From Octopus sinensis (taxonomy: Eukaryota): a DNA stretch of 9,321 nt. Made by a program: the position numbers and the translations under genes. A model generated the notes under the pieces. That model searched no databases. It saw only the letters and a list, made by a program, of their open reading frames with translations, and was not told the DNA's origin. Shown one piece after another: positions 7,615 to 9,321 of this stretch. The stretch covers positions 1 through 9,321 of the forward strand of contig NW_021827905.1 of the NCBI RefSeq assembly GCF_006345805.1, given 5' to 3'. The stretch's first letter is position 1. Each line of letters opens with the position of its first letter.

Positions 7615-7800
7615 TTTACTTGTTTCGGTCATGTTCTGCGGCCATGCTGGAGCACCGCTTTATCCGAAAAAATCGACCCCAGGATTTATTCATTCTAAGC
7701 CTAGTACGTATTCTATCGGTGTGTTTTGCCAAACGGCTAAGTTACGGGGACGTAAACACAGCAACATCGGTTGTCAGACGATGGTGGGGTACAAACACAC
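7615..7800 (-). mobile_element. Microsatellite-associated SINE-derived repeat (Octopus-type), sharing the SINE core
   Basis: The minus strand has CCCCGTAACTTAGCCGTTTGGC...GATAGAATACGTACTAGG...CTGGGGTCGAT, sharing the core of the SINEs at 615 and 1357. It matches a very common Octopus repeat as recalled and adjoins (CA)n. Confidence 0.7.
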
Positions 7801-7977
7801 ACACACTCTCACGCACATATATATATATTATATACATACATATATATATACATATATAAATAATATATATATTTATATAAACATATATATATATGCATAT
7901 ATATAGATATATATGTATTCATACATATATATATATACATACACACACATATATATACATATATATATACATACATA
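7795..7977. repeat. Compound (CA)/(TA)/(TACA) microsatellite
   Basis: Direct reading. Confidence 0.92.
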
Positions 7978-8130
7978 TTTACGAAAAAACAAAAGACGAA
8001 GACAGGTGGTGTACAAAACAAACAGATGTATTAGTATAACGCTCAGGAATAGAAAACGGCTTTTACGTTTCGAGCCTGCGCTCTTCTACAGCAAAGGACA
8101 TAGCAAAAACAAGGAGAGAATCAAGGAGAG
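7978..8130 (-). mobile_element. Short hammerhead-bearing element (family B, copy b)
   Basis: The reverse complement aligns with 1849-2003 (CTCCTTGTTTT...GAAGAGCG.AGGCTCGAAACGTAAAAG...TATTCCTGAGCG.TATACTAAT...CTTCGTCTTTTGTTT..TTCGTAAA), roughly 80% identical by eye. Its 3' end runs into the TA-rich tract. Confidence 0.7.
8060..8096 (-). ncRNA. Minimal type I hammerhead-like motif, variant core CUGUAGA
   Basis: CUUUG-CUGUAGA-A-GAGC[GCAG]GCUC-GAA-ACGU-A^AAAG. A G-A mismatch at the core-proximal stem I position suggests decay. Confidence 0.5.
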
Positions 8131-8559
8131 AAAAAAAGTGTGTGTAGTGGCTAACGATCTATCATGGCGGTAGATTGCTCCTAAATTAGGTTAATCTTTT
8201 TTTTAATTGATTTATTTAGTTTGTACATTAATCACGAAACTAGTTTTGTATTGACCACAGCAACTAATGAAATAAACTTTATCTATCTCGCTTGCCTTAC
8301 ATCATTTTCGTACCAAGGAGAAGAGTCCGTATGTTTTTAATTTTATTTTTACTTTTATTTTAAAAACAGCGACCATTCAACATGTTGAAGTTCGACTTTA
8401 ACTGCTCTTTCTCCCATATTATATATATATATATATATGTCTTTATGTATATATATACACATAATTTGCCGCTTCGCCCAGCGACAGATTAGAAGCGAGA
8501 GCCATGTATGAATGCGGATGAAGAAATATGTTTCTCCTCCCTCTCTTACTTTTTATACG

Positions 8560-8654
8560 TACATACATACATATACACACACACATATATTATATGTATA
8601 TGTATATATATATTATATATATATATATAGATATATATATATATATATATATAT
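8560..8654. repeat. Compound (TACA)/(CA)/(TA) microsatellite
   Basis: Direct reading. Confidence 0.92.
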
Positions 8655-9255
8655 AACGTAAAGTATAATAGCCATCTCAATATGACTAACCACTAAGGTG
8701 GGTGTTACTGTAGCTTTTAGCCCCAGGAGATTATCGTCTCCAGCTGGCTTTAGGCACACTATCTGCGCCCTTATGGTACTTGCAAAGGGAGGTCATCCCT
8801 TTCTCGTAAACCTAAGTGATAGGCACGGATCGCAGTTTCGAGGTATTTGCCTCTTGTCAATGCGTGGTAATCACCGGTTTACGATGAAAAGGAAGACATG
8901 TATGCAAATACTTATGGGTTTTTCTAGTACCTTCCGTCACTGATTTCGAAAAACTGTCTGCAAGCAATAATAAATCTCTGAACGAGATGTAAACAGTAAC
9001 CGCTCGACAAGAGGCAAATACCTCGAAACTGTGGTCCGTGCGTATCACTTAGGCTTACGAGAAAGGGATGACTTCCCTTTGCAAATACCATAAGGGCACA
9101 GATAGTGTGCCTAAAGCCAGCTGGAGACGATGATCTCCTGGGGCTAAAAGCTACAGTCAACACCACCCTTGTGGTTAGCCATATTGAGAATGGCTATTAT
9201 ACTTTACGTTGCCGAGCAGTTACTGTTTACATCTCATTCAGAGATTAATTATTGC
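8655..9255. mobile_element. Internally rearranged repeat element (family C) with long inverted repeats: A(8655-8858), spacer, B'(8964-9005), A'(9006-9210), B(9214-9255), flanked by (TA)n
   Basis: A and A' are ~205-bp inverted copies, roughly 90% identical by eye. B and B' are 42-bp inverted copies with 3 mismatches. (TA)n lies on both outer sides. Confidence 0.8.
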
Positions 9256-9264
9256 TATATATAT

Positions 9265-9298
<34 letters not shown>
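9256..9298. repeat. (TA)n microsatellite
   Basis: Direct reading. Confidence 0.93.
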
Positions 9299-9321
9299 AG
9301 TAAATAAATGGAGTTGAACGC

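Noticed and set aside
8698-9166. Two similar ORFs (M.VTVAFSPRR.SSPAGFRHTICALMV)
   Set aside because: Their similarity simply reflects the A/A' inverted repeat; no known domain and stop positions differ.
9248-9262. ATTGC|TATATA terminus shared with the array's left end (minus strand)
   Set aside because: Only 5 nt, and of opposite polarity relative to the putative ribozyme strands; likely coincidence.

Overview
AT-rich, repeat-dense eukaryotic non-coding DNA with no intact protein gene. The SINE families and the (TA)n/(CA)n load look cephalopod (Octopus-like); this is recognition from memory, not a database result. The centrepiece is a 4.5-kb tandem array (2054-6602) of about 9.6 copies of a ~477-bp unit. 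Each of the nine complete units carries an identical minimal type I hammerhead ribozyme (HHR) on the minus strand. The array abuts (TA)25 on the left. On the right it folds back inside the ribozyme into a ~165-bp inverted copy that ends in (TA)16. This fits a non-autonomous retrozyme / Penelope-like (PLE) pLTR-type element, possibly copied by rolling-circle reverse transcription. A second short element family (two copies) has a variant minimal HHR (CUGU-N-GA). A third, inverted-rearranged element has a weaker HHR-like motif. Also present are five degenerate SINEs, a frameshifted relic of a CRE-like LINE restriction-like endonuclease domain, a ~100-bp near-perfect palindrome and many microsatellites. 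No reverse transcriptase gene is in the window. Ribozyme activity and mechanisms are inferred from hand-folding, not tested.
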